The notes: generated by a model not told the origin, from the letters alone. A stretch of 64,000 bases of DNA from a virus (IMGVR_UViG_3300042258_000071:96001-160000), one strand, 5' to 3'. Shown: positions 19,562-31,158, counted from the first letter of the stretch. Program-made: numbers and translations.

Positions 19562-21187
19562 ATGCAACAAGTTAGTCGATACCAGTATGACACAACTACG
19601 ACAATCATCATAGACATTCTAAATGAGAATGTCAGGCAAGGGAGTATATCACCAGCACTTGCTGATCAGTTTAAACGTGATCTTGCCCAAGATAGGGCGT
19701 GTCAGTCAGAAATTGTGTCGATCATCTCCGAATTTGCACAAAGGACAGGATGGCGGGATGGTGTGTATGTTGACACCAACCATCTCTCTCAGTTCATCGC
19801 ACCATATCTCGAACGCATGCTCACGGCTGCGAGTGTGAGAATGAATCAGATGACCTCTCAGTACAACCCCCAACAGAACTATATTCGGAGCACAAATAGC
19901 ATGTATAATACGGCATCAGGGTTTGATGGTTATGGTGGCAACCGTGGTACAGTAACTGTCAATCGGGATCTATATGGTGCTGGATATGCAGATGATCCCA
20001 AAGATGGGCCCTCGCGAAGCATGTTTGACCACGCAACTGCAGCTCCGGGACCAACACGAAACCCATATCACCAAGTTTCTGAACCACACATTCCTACTCA
20101 GGAGCAGGCTTCTTTCTTAACTGAGAGTCCTGTTAATACCTTCACTGATATTGATAAGATGACGATTGAGCAAATTTCCTGGTCGGACAAAATATATGCT
20201 CAAGACATCCTTGCCAAAGAAGGGGTTCACGGGGTTGCCGGTGAAGAACATCCTGTAAGTTTAAACTCATTATCTCTCAATGCGTCATTTACATCTCATT
20301 TCGATGCCTTCCGTTACGTATGGAAAAATCTCCCTAATGAAGCTAAAATGAATTACTGGGGCATTCTTGTTAATTACAAAAAGCCTTTGGTGATCAACAT
20401 TGGAGTTGATGCTTTCCGACGGATTCGTCGTCTTGTTCATGCTAAATCTGAAGGAGCTCTTACATTCGAAAATGTACATGAGGTCCTATCAGGACTCCCC
20501 ATGGGGGAATACCAAATCCTTGAAAGTGCTATTCTTCGAGGAATTAATTCTCGGACGAAAAGGTATCTTCGACTTAAAGAAGACTTCACCCGAAAAATTA
20601 ATGACATAACTCTTCTTAAGAATATCTCTGAACTTAAAGACCCTACTGTAAAGCTTACCTTGGCAAAACATCCCAATTTCTTTAAAGTTCTTGATACCAA
20701 CATCATCTCACCAGTTCTTGAAGAAATCTTTGGGACAGATGCTAATGATGCAGAAGAGGGTGTCATTGGGCCAGATAGTGATCGTCGTGGGGACTACATC
20801 TTAAGTGATGAAGTCCAGTATAAACCGTCTTCCAAGATCCACGTATCTAAACTTGATATCGCAGTTGGGAATAAACCTGACTGTGACACAATGCTAGCCG
20901 CTCTTACCAGTCGTTACTCTATTGTGCGCACATCAGCATCCTTTGGAGCTACAAACTTCCTCCCGGAATTCGATGACAGTATCGCCATTTCGAGTGGGAC
21001 ATTTGCATGGAAGATGTTTTATGTAAATGAGAAGTTTAGTGAGAAATTTGATGACACCTCGTTATTTTTCCATCTTAAAGATAATCTCCCACCTTCTGAA
21101 AATCTAACTTTTAGCTTGAAACGTCACACGCTTGATCATCACGTCATATTTGAAAAACAGTACGGCGTAATTCCTGGATTCATCTAA
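19562..21187 (+). CDS. Hypothetical protein co-transcribed with nvRNAP subunit
   Basis: 541-aa ORF, same operon. Confidence 0.75.
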   Translation: MQQVSRYQYDTTTTIIIDILNENVRQGSISPALADQFKRDLAQDRACQSEIVSIISEFAQRTGWRDGVYVDTNHLSQFIAPYLERMLTAASVRMNQMTSQYNPQQNYIRSTNSMYNTASGFDGYGGNRGTVTVNRDLYGAGYADDPKDGPSRSMFDHATAAPGPTRNPYHQVSEPHIPTQEQASFLTESPVNTFTDIDKMTIEQISWSDKIYAQDILAKEGVHGVAGEEHPVSLNSLSLNASFTSHFDAFRYVWKNLPNEAKMNYWGILVNYKKPLVINIGVDAFRRIRRLVHAKSEGALTFENVHEVLSGLPMGEYQILESAILRGINSRTKRYLRLKEDFTRKINDITLLKNISELKDPTVKLTLAKHPNFFKVLDTNIISPVLEEIFGTDANDAEEGVIGPDSDRRGDYILSDEVQYKPSSKIHVSKLDIAVGNKPDCDTMLAALTSRYSIVRTSASFGATNFLPEFDDSIAISSGTFAWKMFYVNEKFSEKFDDTSLFFHLKDNLPPSENLTFSLKRHTLDHHVIFEKQYGVIPGFI

Positions 21188-21218
21188 ACCGCCAGGGATT
21201 TTGTAAACATCTAATATA

Positions 21219-21256
21219 TAGGAAGAGGGGAGCCCATATGGGCTCCCCTCTTCCTA
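21219..21256. terminator. 38-bp perfect palindrome, bidirectional terminator
   Basis: TAGGAAGAGGGGAGCCCATATGGGCTCCCCTCTTCCTA between convergent genes. Confidence 0.85.
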
Positions 21257-21283
21257 ATATCTTTATTTATTTTTTTATCACAA

Positions 21284-22108
21284 TTAAGATGTGAGAACGG
21301 CTGTTTCACTCTGAATACTGTATGTGTATTCAAGAATATCTGATGCCGATTCTAAACTGTCACCTGTCCAGGTACGATGGAATACAAGTTGGGTCATAAT
21401 GGATTCAACATAATTAAAAGGGTTACCGAGATAATCATTTGCTGAAATGGATCGATCTTGCCCTTGATAAATACCCAATTCAGAAATCCGAGCGAGGTTT
21501 AGATTGCCACCATATTTGTAGTTGATGGCTTCATGAATCTCAGCGCCTGTCAAAAGAACTTTAGTATCAACTGATACCGTGATCTGATCTTGAGCATTCT
21601 GATTAACACCACCAATAGAGGGTACGGGAGGTGTTGGAGAGAGATTACCATAATCAAATTCATAAGGTGTTTCAACACCATTCTCATCGGTAATGGTGAA
21701 TTTGACACTAGGATCAATGATCTCTAGTTTCTTGAGATAATAACATGCATATTCAGGACCTCCACTCTCAAATGTCTCAACAACACGCATGCGCAAATTA
21801 GCGCGCTCAGCAGCACTAAGATCATTTTCAACTGGAACACATCGAATGGGGAACGGAGTATACAGGTTCATGTTAGATGTCTGAACAATGTGGGGTTCGG
21901 AAGCATTCGTATCGCTGATATTGCGATATCCGTTGATGCCCACCCCAAAATATTGAATCTTTGGAACGGTATTTACGGTTAGAACTTCGTTTGGTGCAAC
22001 GTTATACCATCGATTCAACGTGGACTGAGTGTCCTCGATGGGAGTGATCGGTAGAGCACTTTCTAGACGGCGCTGTACATTTAAGATTGTTTTTGTTTCG
22101 TTTGCCAT
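21284..22108 (-). CDS. Virion structural protein (baseplate-region, phiKZ-like conserved)
   Basis: YFGVGINGY, PFPIRCVP, YACYYLK, ARISELG motifs typical of this conserved jumbo-phage family. Confidence 0.6.
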   Translation of the reverse strand: MANETKTILNVQRRLESALPITPIEDTQSTLNRWYNVAPNEVLTVNTVPKIQYFGVGINGYRNISDTNASEPHIVQTSNMNLYTPFPIRCVPVENDLSAAERANLRMRVVETFESGGPEYACYYLKKLEIIDPSVKFTITDENGVETPYEFDYGNLSPTPPVPSIGGVNQNAQDQITVSVDTKVLLTGAEIHEAINYKYGGNLNLARISELGIYQGQDRSISANDYLGNPFNYVESIMTQLVFHRTWTGDSLESASDILEYTYSIQSETAVLTS

Positions 22109-22124
22109 AGGTAATTATCCCCTT

Positions 22125-24353
22125 TTAGTTGGCAGGTTCGAGGGTAGAACTAATACCGATCGTATCCGATATTTTAACAACTTTAGTTCTAGCTTTCACA
22201 GTATCACCTGTAAGGTAAATCATATCATCAATATGGGACACAGATTTCTTACCTTTAGAATGTAATTTGAGATTTGCAACATCAAGATCATTATGCGATG
22301 ATAACTTCTTATTACTTTGTTTAAGTGTATACCTTCCAAAATCAAATGTAACAAGACCTCTCTTTTTTAGATACCTTGGAAGAATATCTAAAAACTCTGT
22401 TAGATCATGTATGTTCCCTATTTTAGATTTGTAAGGGGTGTGTGAGGAGATATCTGGAAGGAATAGCCAGCGACGTTTATCTCTCTCGGTATCTAAGAAG
22501 AGGACTGTATAACTACAAAGTTGTGTAAAAAGTTCTTTAATTCGATTATACGAAGCACGGTCTTCATCCGCATCTAGATATGCTCGAATGGAGGGATGAG
22601 TTTCTGGCATGAGTGTGGCTATAAGAGTTTGCGATAACTCTGCGTATAAATTCTTTTTATTAACGGAATTATCATACCCTGAGATAAGAGAAGCAACTTC
22701 CCCAATTCCAGGATCTGATACCCACTGAGAATATAATGTATGATGTGAAAGATTTAGCATGTAATGCTGATTTTCAAGAAGTGAAAATATAGCTGTTTTT
22801 GTTCCAACAAGATCCGTTAACATAGATCTAGTTCTTAAGAATTGGAGTTGTAAGATGAGAGCGTTAAAAGAGGTGCTTAATTCTGTCATGAAGAAATCGA
22901 TGGTACTATATGCTACTTCCTGAGGAGAGGCGTTTAAAAAGAATGTTTCTCTATCTAAGACATTTGACATGTATTGAAGGGAATTACCGTTAAAGGTAAA
23001 TGTTTTAGGAATATCTTCATATGTTTTATTATACGAATATGCTCCAACAAGAGGTGTGTACTGAACGGGAATGTATTCAGGCTCTTGTTCAAGTGATTTG
23101 TAAAAACAGTAATATGAAAATATCAACACATCTTTAGGTTGTAGACGCAGTGTTATCCCTGTGAATTCATCAACGATAACGGATTCAAAATCATACCGAT
23201 TATTATTCACAGTGTATATTAGAGTGTCGTTCATGAAACTTCTTAAGAGTGCAGAGTACTGACGATTGATAACAACGGGTTGAATCTCAAGAAGTTTCGT
23301 AGGGAGTCTATTTGATGAGGTTGCTTGAAGGTCTTTTGTCCGTGCTTGTACATATTCAAAAGACCCGTCGATTTCATATCCCAGAGACTTTAAACGATTG
23401 GTGATATCGAATGTAGTTTGAGGGGGCTGTTGTGGTACTGAATCAGAATAGCGGGTCTCTATGGGTTCGGATACGAATTCAGGTGTCCAAATACAGGTTT
23501 CTACATTATCAAAGGTTTGTTGATAAAGCGTTTTTCCAACCATACCAACACTTAATTCACCAAGAAGCTCATTTACGAGCAGAATTAGATTGTCATTACG
23601 CCCACGACGTTCGGTGATATATCGAATATTTCGATATAAAAACATCGACTGTTTTCGAGTTAGGATATCCTTATAATTCCCAATCCCGTGAGACGTGAGG
23701 TAATCCCAAACATGATAACTATGCACATAAGACGTTCGCATATTTTGGACACGACTATCACAAATACATGCAAACAAGACCTGCCATAAAGTTCCCCAAA
23801 AGACTGGAGGATAATAAGGTTCATATGTTAAAAAAGTGTGATACCATCTTTGACCAGCATATGTGAGAAAAAGTTCTATATCCCTAATAATTTTAGGAAG
23901 TTCATCAATTTCTAGATACCCTGTTCCATAAGCTAAGATTGTTAGATCGTTTGCAGTAATCGCTTCAGCGATATCATTTACAGGAAACAGGATATTTTTT
24001 ATAAGATCAGATTGTCCAGGATAGAGAGATATCAAATCATTATACAACGGAAGCCCAGGACGATAAGCAGCTCGCGTTCTTGGATGACTGTTGATGATGC
24101 TTTTCCTAAATTCAATCTCTTGTTGTGTATCTAAAGATAAAATCTTCATGACAGTATCGGATTCGTGATACTTCCCATTTAAGTTCAGATAATATTTCCA
24201 TGTCGAAGGATCTGATTCATCGATAGCGTACCCTTTATCTAATAAAGAAGCATTTAACATAGATGCTTGATAGGAGTTTTTAAGAGTAAGTGTTTGTAAA
24301 AAATTGAGGATCTCATTTCTGTATGTTATGAGATCGGAGGCTATAGTTGCCAT
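22125..24353 (-). CDS. Virion structural protein (phiKZ gp128-like)
   Basis: TWKYYLNLNGKYH, SLDTQQEIEF, VHSYHVWDYL, QSMFLYRNI; divergent from the probable portal gene. Confidence 0.65.
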   Translation of the reverse strand: MATIASDLITYRNEILNFLQTLTLKNSYQASMLNASLLDKGYAIDESDPSTWKYYLNLNGKYHESDTVMKILSLDTQQEIEFRKSIINSHPRTRAAYRPGLPLYNDLISLYPGQSDLIKNILFPVNDIAEAITANDLTILAYGTGYLEIDELPKIIRDIELFLTYAGQRWYHTFLTYEPYYPPVFWGTLWQVLFACICDSRVQNMRTSYVHSYHVWDYLTSHGIGNYKDILTRKQSMFLYRNIRYITERRGRNDNLILLVNELLGELSVGMVGKTLYQQTFDNVETCIWTPEFVSEPIETRYSDSVPQQPPQTTFDITNRLKSLGYEIDGSFEYVQARTKDLQATSSNRLPTKLLEIQPVVINRQYSALLRSFMNDTLIYTVNNNRYDFESVIVDEFTGITLRLQPKDVLIFSYYCFYKSLEQEPEYIPVQYTPLVGAYSYNKTYEDIPKTFTFNGNSLQYMSNVLDRETFFLNASPQEVAYSTIDFFMTELSTSFNALILQLQFLRTRSMLTDLVGTKTAIFSLLENQHYMLNLSHHTLYSQWVSDPGIGEVASLISGYDNSVNKKNLYAELSQTLIATLMPETHPSIRAYLDADEDRASYNRIKELFTQLCSYTVLFLDTERDKRRWLFLPDISSHTPYKSKIGNIHDLTEFLDILPRYLKKRGLVTFDFGRYTLKQSNKKLSSHNDLDVANLKLHSKGKKSVSHIDDMIYLTGDTVKARTKVVKISDTIGISSTLEPAN

Positions 24354-24459
24354 ATCTTTCTCCAGTTAATATTACATATGCAGCAGCTTACAGTATGCTG
24401 CAATTTATAAATTAAATCTATAACGTAGCTGAAATATTACTATTTTCCAATAAGGAGAC

Positions 24460-27087
24460 ATGTCATTGGTCGAGAAAAAGTTATCCCCCAGTAGATTCGC
24501 AAAGATATTTGATCTTATTAGGGGGCAAGGGGACTATTCTAATTCAAAGGCATCTGACTATAAAAACCCCTCATCTCTTACAGGTCATAAACGGTCCTTA
24601 TATAGTCATTCTGAAAAAGTAAATCTTTTAAGAACCATTGTTCCAGCAGCTACAAATAAAAGTAAACCTGTTGAGGCAGCCTCTATTATGTCTCTGGTTA
24701 AAGAAACTGCAAATCGGATTGGTAAAAATCGTTCTGAAAATATTAAGATCCTTCAGATGGCGCCGGAAGTTTTTCAGGCTGCAGAGTCTATTATCATCCC
24801 ATCCATCTTATCTCCAAATGATTTAAGCGATTCTCTTTTAAATATTGTTATTGACTTAGAAGATGAAGTTGCAACACCTGACAAACGAGATAAAATCCGA
24901 GAGATCATATTAGATCATTTTAATAATGAACTTGATGTGTCTTCGAAATTGTTTGACTGGATTTATGAAGCCCGTTATAAATCAGGAGCTAAATGTCTGT
25001 TGACCATCCCAACTTCTGAAATGGATGCTCAATTTAATACCCCTGACAATTTCAATCTTTCCTCCAAAAAAGTCAGTATGGAGAGTCTCCACACCAAATT
25101 TAACACGATTGAAGATGAAACGTTATTTGGCCTTTCAGATACCAAAACTGGGTTCTCTCTTGAAAACTTCAAAACAGATTTTAAGATAGGAGATCACCAG
25201 AGTTTCACACGCAGTATAGCGTTAGAGATGGCATCCCTGTATACCTATCTTGAATCTCTAAAATCCGAGAAATCAGAGAAGAAAAAGCCCCATAAACCTA
25301 ACTATAATTCACAAAAAATAGATGATAAACTATTGTCTACCCTCTTCACTGACGTCGTTGGTCTTGAATCTATGAAGGTCATTGACAACCCAGACATTCT
25401 TAAAAAAGATTATTTTCAAAAGAAGAACATTTATGCTAAAGCCAATAAAGGTGTTGGCGATAAGTATAAAAATAGTGTCATGCTTTCACTTGGACAAGCG
25501 AGTGAAGATGCGGAGAATATGGATCACCCTCTTCTTATCGAAGTTGCAACAGAAGCTGTTATACCCATCGGCATGCCTAATTCTAAAAAAGATCATATTG
25601 GGTACATCATCCTTCTAGATGAAAAAGGATATCCGTTAAACGTATCAGATAAGGATCCTAATCACGCAGAGGCTCTTGATCAACGTATTTCAGAATCTGC
25701 AAAACGATCCCCTTTTAATGACTTATTTGCAGCATACGGAATCGATGATATCAAAGCTTCTATTGCGGGTTCTAAAGGCAAATCTGATGCCATGTTTAAC
25801 GTATACCAGAACATTGTTGAATATCATCTGAAAACAAAATTTAAGAAGAGTGGGTTTGGGGATGTTGAACCTGCGATGATGTCAAGTATCTATCGCCATC
25901 TCTTCTCTCGTTATCTTGAAGGGCGCCAAACTAAACTTCTTTATGTCCCAAAAGAGTTTCTTCAATATATCGCATTTGAATATAATGAAGATGGGACAGG
26001 TAAGTCTATTCTTGATAAATTTAAATTCATTCTAGCCCTTCGCATCACAACCCTTGTTGCGAATACGATGGGGGCGCTTAATGATTCCATCAATCGAAAA
26101 ACAATCAATGTCACATTCCCTGAAAATGCCTCCTCAGGAGATGCCCTCCAGCTGCTCTCTGAAATTGAACGTGAAGCAACACGGAAAGAGACGTTTGGGA
26201 TTTCATATGATCCTGATACGGTTGTTCGAGGTATTGGCCAGAAATCTCTTACCGTTAAGGCTGAGAATCTTCCAGGCCTTCAAGGGTTCTCAACCAGTCA
26301 TGACTCTACACCAAGACAGTCTGTTCGGATAGATTCAGATCTTAATGATGATCTTAAAAATCTCACAATCCTGATGCAAGGGGTCCCCCCTGCTGCTATG
26401 AATAACCTATCTGATGCAGAATTTTCACGATCTGTTGCAACTATGAACATTCTATTCGCACGTATGATTAAGACGCAACAAAAACCTTTCATCCGACATA
26501 TTTCTAAATGGATACAAAAATATCTCATGTTCGATGGCATCTTAAAGAAGAAAATCATGGTCGTTCTAGATGAATCTTTCACTAAAGAAAACTCTCCTAC
26601 TGACAGTAAAGAGATACCTTCTTCTGAAACCGGAACAGTCGAAGATGTAAAATCTACAGATAAAGAACGTGCCTTTAACATGAAGTATGTTGATGTTGTA
26701 AAATCTGTTAGGATGCTTCTTCCTGAACCTACTGTTGCACCCTCTATTAGTCAGTTTAATAATCTTAATGAGTTCTTGAACTCAGCAACAACTATCTTTA
26801 ACAACATCTATGCAGATGAACTCGTATCTTCTAACAGTGAGCTCACTGATACATTAAGATCTATCAAGGCACAAATGCTCTCAACAGCAATTCGGGACCA
26901 TATTCAAACTCTCGGATTTGGGGATGAGTTCATTGTACCAGATCTTGCAGATCTTAGAAATCATGACATCACAGATGTACATCAAGTTATCACCAACCTT
27001 AAAGCCCATATGGACAGAATCCAAAAGCTCACAGCACCTGTTAGTTCTGAAGCTTCTGGAGATCTTGGAAATGATAGTAGTTTTTAA
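24460..27087 (+). CDS. Probable portal protein (phiKZ gp129-like)
   Basis: 875 aa; ILSPNDL, EAVIP...DHIGYIILLDEKGYPL, AEFSRS; synteny with gp128-like gene; cluster of S/A/G-x-E protease sites. Confidence 0.65.
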   Translation: MSLVEKKLSPSRFAKIFDLIRGQGDYSNSKASDYKNPSSLTGHKRSLYSHSEKVNLLRTIVPAATNKSKPVEAASIMSLVKETANRIGKNRSENIKILQMAPEVFQAAESIIIPSILSPNDLSDSLLNIVIDLEDEVATPDKRDKIREIILDHFNNELDVSSKLFDWIYEARYKSGAKCLLTIPTSEMDAQFNTPDNFNLSSKKVSMESLHTKFNTIEDETLFGLSDTKTGFSLENFKTDFKIGDHQSFTRSIALEMASLYTYLESLKSEKSEKKKPHKPNYNSQKIDDKLLSTLFTDVVGLESMKVIDNPDILKKDYFQKKNIYAKANKGVGDKYKNSVMLSLGQASEDAENMDHPLLIEVATEAVIPIGMPNSKKDHIGYIILLDEKGYPLNVSDKDPNHAEALDQRISESAKRSPFNDLFAAYGIDDIKASIAGSKGKSDAMFNVYQNIVEYHLKTKFKKSGFGDVEPAMMSSIYRHLFSRYLEGRQTKLLYVPKEFLQYIAFEYNEDGTGKSILDKFKFILALRITTLVANTMGALNDSINRKTINVTFPENASSGDALQLLSEIEREATRKETFGISYDPDTVVRGIGQKSLTVKAENLPGLQGFSTSHDSTPRQSVRIDSDLNDDLKNLTILMQGVPPAAMNNLSDAEFSRSVATMNILFARMIKTQQKPFIRHISKWIQKYLMFDGILKKKIMVVLDESFTKENSPTDSKEIPSSETGTVEDVKSTDKERAFNMKYVDVVKSVRMLLPEPTVAPSISQFNNLNEFLNSATTIFNNIYADELVSSNSELTDTLRSIKAQMLSTAIRDHIQTLGFGDEFIVPDLADLRNHDITDVHQVITNLKAHMDRIQKLTAPVSSEASGDLGNDSSF

Positions 27088-27102
27088 CCAAAACATATAA
27101 AG

Positions 27103-27136
27103 GAAGGAACCTCACCCCATGGGGTGAGGTTCCTTC
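27103..27136. terminator. 34-bp perfect palindrome, bidirectional terminator
   Basis: GAAGGAACCTCACCCCATGGGGTGAGGTTCCTTC. Confidence 0.85.
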
Positions 27137-27153
27137 TTGTAATGTAACATCCA

Positions 27154-28014
27154 TCAAACGACTGTGAACTGATCCATGATATCGGTGACTTCTTTTTGGA
27201 TACCCATATTGGCCAGGTTTTCTGCAATCGTCTCGGCAACAGGTTTCGCACGATTGTAATCAGCACGATGGATCTGAACAAGCTCAGCAACATTTCGGCC
27301 AACACGACGCGTGTTATCGTTATGCTGCAAGATGCCATGAAAAGGAATGGATCGTTCGATGAGTTTGGACTCAGCGATTGTCCGTTCATATCCTGCCATG
27401 CCTGTTCGATCTGGCCACATGGCCGTGATGATGTAAGCATCGAGAATATTACGTGCTCGCATAGTGGTGTCATATTGGATAAACAGCGTATCAAAAGTAA
27501 AAGAGGATACCAATTGTGGATCGATTTCACCAGACTCAAGAATCCCTACCATAGAGGCTTGGGTATCTGGGTGTTTAATGAGATCTAAATAGGTTCCAAA
27601 GAAGTTAAAGATCACATTCCCAGTTAATTCGTTCCATGTAAATTGAGGATTAACCTGAGAGCGCCTGGCAGTTGTTGGCATGTTAAGCATTTGCCCATCA
27701 TTACCAATGTTCACCTGTTGCGCATCGATAGACTTTTCAAAGTCGATACCGGTAATGCTTTTAGCACCACGTTCGATCAGAACCTTTAGAAAGGAATCGA
27801 AATTTTGAAGTTGAGGAGAAAGAGAGAACATCGTTGGAGACTGTAAGACAAAAGGAAAGGTACCTCCCATAACAAGAGGTGTTGCAACGTCAAGCTGGGT
27901 GAGATGCGGACCGATACCAAGCTGTGCCCCTTCAGGAAGGTTGGCAACAGCAGATCCATCGAGAGATCCTAATCGACCAGCATTACGGATAAGGGAATTG
28001 ACTGATTTTACCAT
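27154..28014 (-). CDS. Tail tube protein (phiKZ gp30-like)
   Basis: Follows sheath; SQVNPQFTWNELTG, HPDTQ, LFIQYD, MWPDRTG; ~290 aa. Confidence 0.75.
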   Translation of the reverse strand: MVKSVNSLIRNAGRLGSLDGSAVANLPEGAQLGIGPHLTQLDVATPLVMGGTFPFVLQSPTMFSLSPQLQNFDSFLKVLIERGAKSITGIDFEKSIDAQQVNIGNDGQMLNMPTTARRSQVNPQFTWNELTGNVIFNFFGTYLDLIKHPDTQASMVGILESGEIDPQLVSSFTFDTLFIQYDTTMRARNILDAYIITAMWPDRTGMAGYERTIAESKLIERSIPFHGILQHNDNTRRVGRNVAELVQIHRADYNRAKPVAETIAENLANMGIQKEVTDIMDQFTVV

Positions 28015-28025
28015 GATCGTTTACC

Positions 28026-30032
28026 TTACTCTTCAATGCGATCTACAGGGATTTCGAAATGATAGATGCGGTCAGGGATATTACCTGACAGTGTCACACG
28101 AATCGTTTTGCGATATCCAAGAGCATTGTCAGCAGCTGTCTTAAAGACAGTCACTTCCACTCGGACTTGTCCCCCAAAGGTGTTATAAATCCACTGCTCT
28201 AGATTATCAGAAATTAGTTTGTTAATCTTGTTGTCCGGAAGGTTGGAACCAGAATGGGTAGCCCACTCGAGCCGACAACGCTGTTTAACATACACAAGCT
28301 TATTGACAAAGAGAGAACTTGAGAGAATGGAATTGTCATATGGGTATACCGTACGATAATCAGGCCAGTGAAGACCGTTAGTATCATAGTACTGCATGTA
28401 ATTGAGACCATTATCCCATAAGCGACGTTTCAGGCTATCCGTTGCTGGAGTCCAGTTTACTTCACTAAAGACAGTGACTGCAGAATTTGGAAGACCCCCG
28501 GGACTATCAGTGATCTGATTATTTGCAGCACCTTCATATAGAACTGTCTTAAGAAGAATATCGTAGGTAGCAGGTACCCAGTTCTTCCAAAGCGGTTCCG
28601 CTGACAGCTTACCAGCCTGCGTGTAAATATCTGCTCGTGCAACAGGTGTTCCAAAATATGTAGATTCAGGATATAAGGAAGCTGCAGCTCGAAGGGCGAT
28701 ACCGGTGGAGATATCCTGTGCTGAAGTGTTTCCAGGGTTATTAAAATCCTGTGAACACATCATCGGGCGAACATCCCCGCGAAGACCCAATACGCTAAGC
28801 ATTTTTACTTTAGTTTCGAACCGATATCCTGGGTCCCAAAGAAAGTTAAAAGGATAACGCGCTTCATCAAGCATCTCTGGGTAGAGTTCTCCCTCCAACC
28901 ATAGACCGGTTAGATCTTGGAGACCATTCCATGTCAGATCACCATCTGCTCCACCTTGAAAATAATTAATGCGGTTCGGATGGAAGAAGGTGGATCCTCC
29001 ATTAAGAACTTCCATGTGATCATATGGACGACCCTCCGTATCTGTTCCAGATAGAATATTGATACGATAAGCTGTTATCCCAAGATCTGAAAGTTCAGAG
29101 GATACCGCAAGAATGCGATCACCAATAGTTTTAACATGTTCAGAATAAACATGAAAGTCCATGGGGAAGAGACTGTGGGGATATGCACCATCCGTTGCAA
29201 TGTATTCACTCTCAAGTTGTTCATTGAGATCATAATACATGCGCGTGGTGGTATCAAGTGCGTTCTCTTTAAGAGAGATATCTAGAAACTGCCCGTTCGA
29301 AATACCCCGAACGGAGGTTACAATGTTTTCATTAACATTAAGTTTTACAGGTTCGAACCGATAGGTAATAGAATCGATCCGGTCAAATACTGAAGATTCG
29401 GCATCCCGTGTAAAATAGAGACGGAACCCCATGCTGTTTGCAAAGGCACCCAAATCTTTCGCACGAATAGCCATGATGGGATAGGTTGTAATTTCATCAT
29501 CACCAACTTGAGCTGTTGATGTGACAAGATTTGTAAGGGTCTCACCTCCAACAATATCAAGTGCACGAACAACCCATTCAATGTGGATACCGGGTTCAGT
29601 AAGAGGTGTTGCCCCATCTAAGATCGGGATGGGGAGGTCGTCTTCATCAAGGACCCGGTTACCGCTCGCATCTTTTTCATACTGGATAAGACTTGTTGTA
29701 TGAACCTTTGCTTCTAGCACAAGTGTTGATGCGCTCATATTGGATTCATCCCCAACACGAACATACCACACTTCCTGCCCAGTAAGCGCTGCCTTCATCA
29801 GCATATTTGGAGGTTGGAAGAATTTTGACTGAGTGTCGAAAATCTCTTCCCCATAGATTTCTTGAAGAAACTGGGTACTACCTCGAGTTGGGACGTTCAT
29901 TGGGCCGCGAGAAGCATACCCAATAAACAGAGGCTTATGAAGCCCCTGGGGAGTTTCAACAATCTCAGGACGTCGGGAAATATCATCCACATTGATAAGT
30001 GCATGTGGAAACCTGTCATTAAAATTCGGCAT
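28026..30032 (-). CDS. Tail sheath protein (phiKZ gp29-like)
   Basis: PLFIGYASRGP, EIYGEEIFD, YFQGGADG, FLWDPG, YPESTYFGTP, TVYPYDNSIL. Confidence 0.88.
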   Translation of the reverse strand: MPNFNDRFPHALINVDDISRRPEIVETPQGLHKPLFIGYASRGPMNVPTRGSTQFLQEIYGEEIFDTQSKFFQPPNMLMKAALTGQEVWYVRVGDESNMSASTLVLEAKVHTTSLIQYEKDASGNRVLDEDDLPIPILDGATPLTEPGIHIEWVVRALDIVGGETLTNLVTSTAQVGDDEITTYPIMAIRAKDLGAFANSMGFRLYFTRDAESSVFDRIDSITYRFEPVKLNVNENIVTSVRGISNGQFLDISLKENALDTTTRMYYDLNEQLESEYIATDGAYPHSLFPMDFHVYSEHVKTIGDRILAVSSELSDLGITAYRINILSGTDTEGRPYDHMEVLNGGSTFFHPNRINYFQGGADGDLTWNGLQDLTGLWLEGELYPEMLDEARYPFNFLWDPGYRFETKVKMLSVLGLRGDVRPMMCSQDFNNPGNTSAQDISTGIALRAAASLYPESTYFGTPVARADIYTQAGKLSAEPLWKNWVPATYDILLKTVLYEGAANNQITDSPGGLPNSAVTVFSEVNWTPATDSLKRRLWDNGLNYMQYYDTNGLHWPDYRTVYPYDNSILSSSLFVNKLVYVKQRCRLEWATHSGSNLPDNKINKLISDNLEQWIYNTFGGQVRVEVTVFKTAADNALGYRKTIRVTLSGNIPDRIYHFEIPVDRIEE

Positions 30033-30103
30033 TTTAAAGCTCCTAAACTATGCCCTAAAAGTAAAGCCATGGCCATCCTATAGGCCAATATTCATAATAA
30101 GGA

Positions 30104-31132
30104 ATGCCTATGAAACATCGCAGTATTTATGAGACAAACGTTTCGAAGACGACTCTTAATACGAATCAGATAAATGATCTTGTAAAATACTTAATCACTT
30201 ACCGTAATGAAATTATCATAGACCAAGGACAGCAAAAGCAAATTCTCTCTCAGAAATCAGGGTTGAAAACCCCAATATCGGAAATCTTTGCACATCTCAT
30301 CAGAGAAGGTATTGAGGATATTTTAAAACTGATTGTTATTCCAAAATCAATTATAGATACACCTGAAGTCTTAACATATCCTCATTTAACATTCGACATT
30401 TACCAACTGTATCCTGTTGCTGAAAATGCTGCAAGATCTTTAGGTGTTACAGACTTTAATAAGAAAATTATTACAAATGTCACTCCCTGGTATAGTACAA
30501 GAACAGAGCAGGTAACATCACTCTCTTCACTACAATCTTCTGTCGTAAGAGATCTGTTCTCACGCTCCTATTTTACGAGTGATAGAACATGGATTTCCCC
30601 CCGTGTGGTGAGGTCTACGGGAAAAGTCTATACTATGTCCCTAGCCACCACTGTGGCTGGAAAGTATCAATTAACGGCACCTCAGATGAAAATTATCAGC
30701 ATCCCTATCGCGTATTATTACTTCTCACAGATCCTCGATCCTTCTGAAATTGAACCTTTTTTAATGGGTAGTTCTGGAGCTCTTAAACTTGATCGATCTA
30801 CAGATGTTCAAGGCATTCTAGCTGTGATTAATGAGCACATTAAAGACCCTGCAAGAATGACACTTGACGATCTCTGTCTTGTCCTTAGAAACATCGGGAT
30901 TCAGAAACTTCAGATTAATCCAATGATTTTAAACACCATTACAAAATCTTGGGGTAAAGATATTTATACAAGTAAGATGTCTCTAGAATATCCCCCATAT
31001 TGGGTATACAATCTTCTTCTTGCAGGGTCTGGTGAGAAGACAGGTCTATACCACCTTCTCAAACGGATGGGGGCAGATCGTGAAATAGATGAAATTGTTA
31101 AAAACATTTTAAGTTCTCCCTCTCTTGTGTAA
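30104..31132 (+). CDS. Virion structural protein (phiKZ gp28-like)
   Basis: Divergent from sheath; SLEYPPYW motif. Confidence 0.6.
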   Translation: MPMKHRSIYETNVSKTTLNTNQINDLVKYLITYRNEIIIDQGQQKQILSQKSGLKTPISEIFAHLIREGIEDILKLIVIPKSIIDTPEVLTYPHLTFDIYQLYPVAENAARSLGVTDFNKKIITNVTPWYSTRTEQVTSLSSLQSSVVRDLFSRSYFTSDRTWISPRVVRSTGKVYTMSLATTVAGKYQLTAPQMKIISIPIAYYYFSQILDPSEIEPFLMGSSGALKLDRSTDVQGILAVINEHIKDPARMTLDDLCLVLRNIGIQKLQINPMILNTITKSWGKDIYTSKMSLEYPPYWVYNLLLAGSGEKTGLYHLLKRMGADREIDEIVKNILSSPSLV

Positions 31133-31158
31133 CATGTCTTATAATAAGGTGTGTAGAT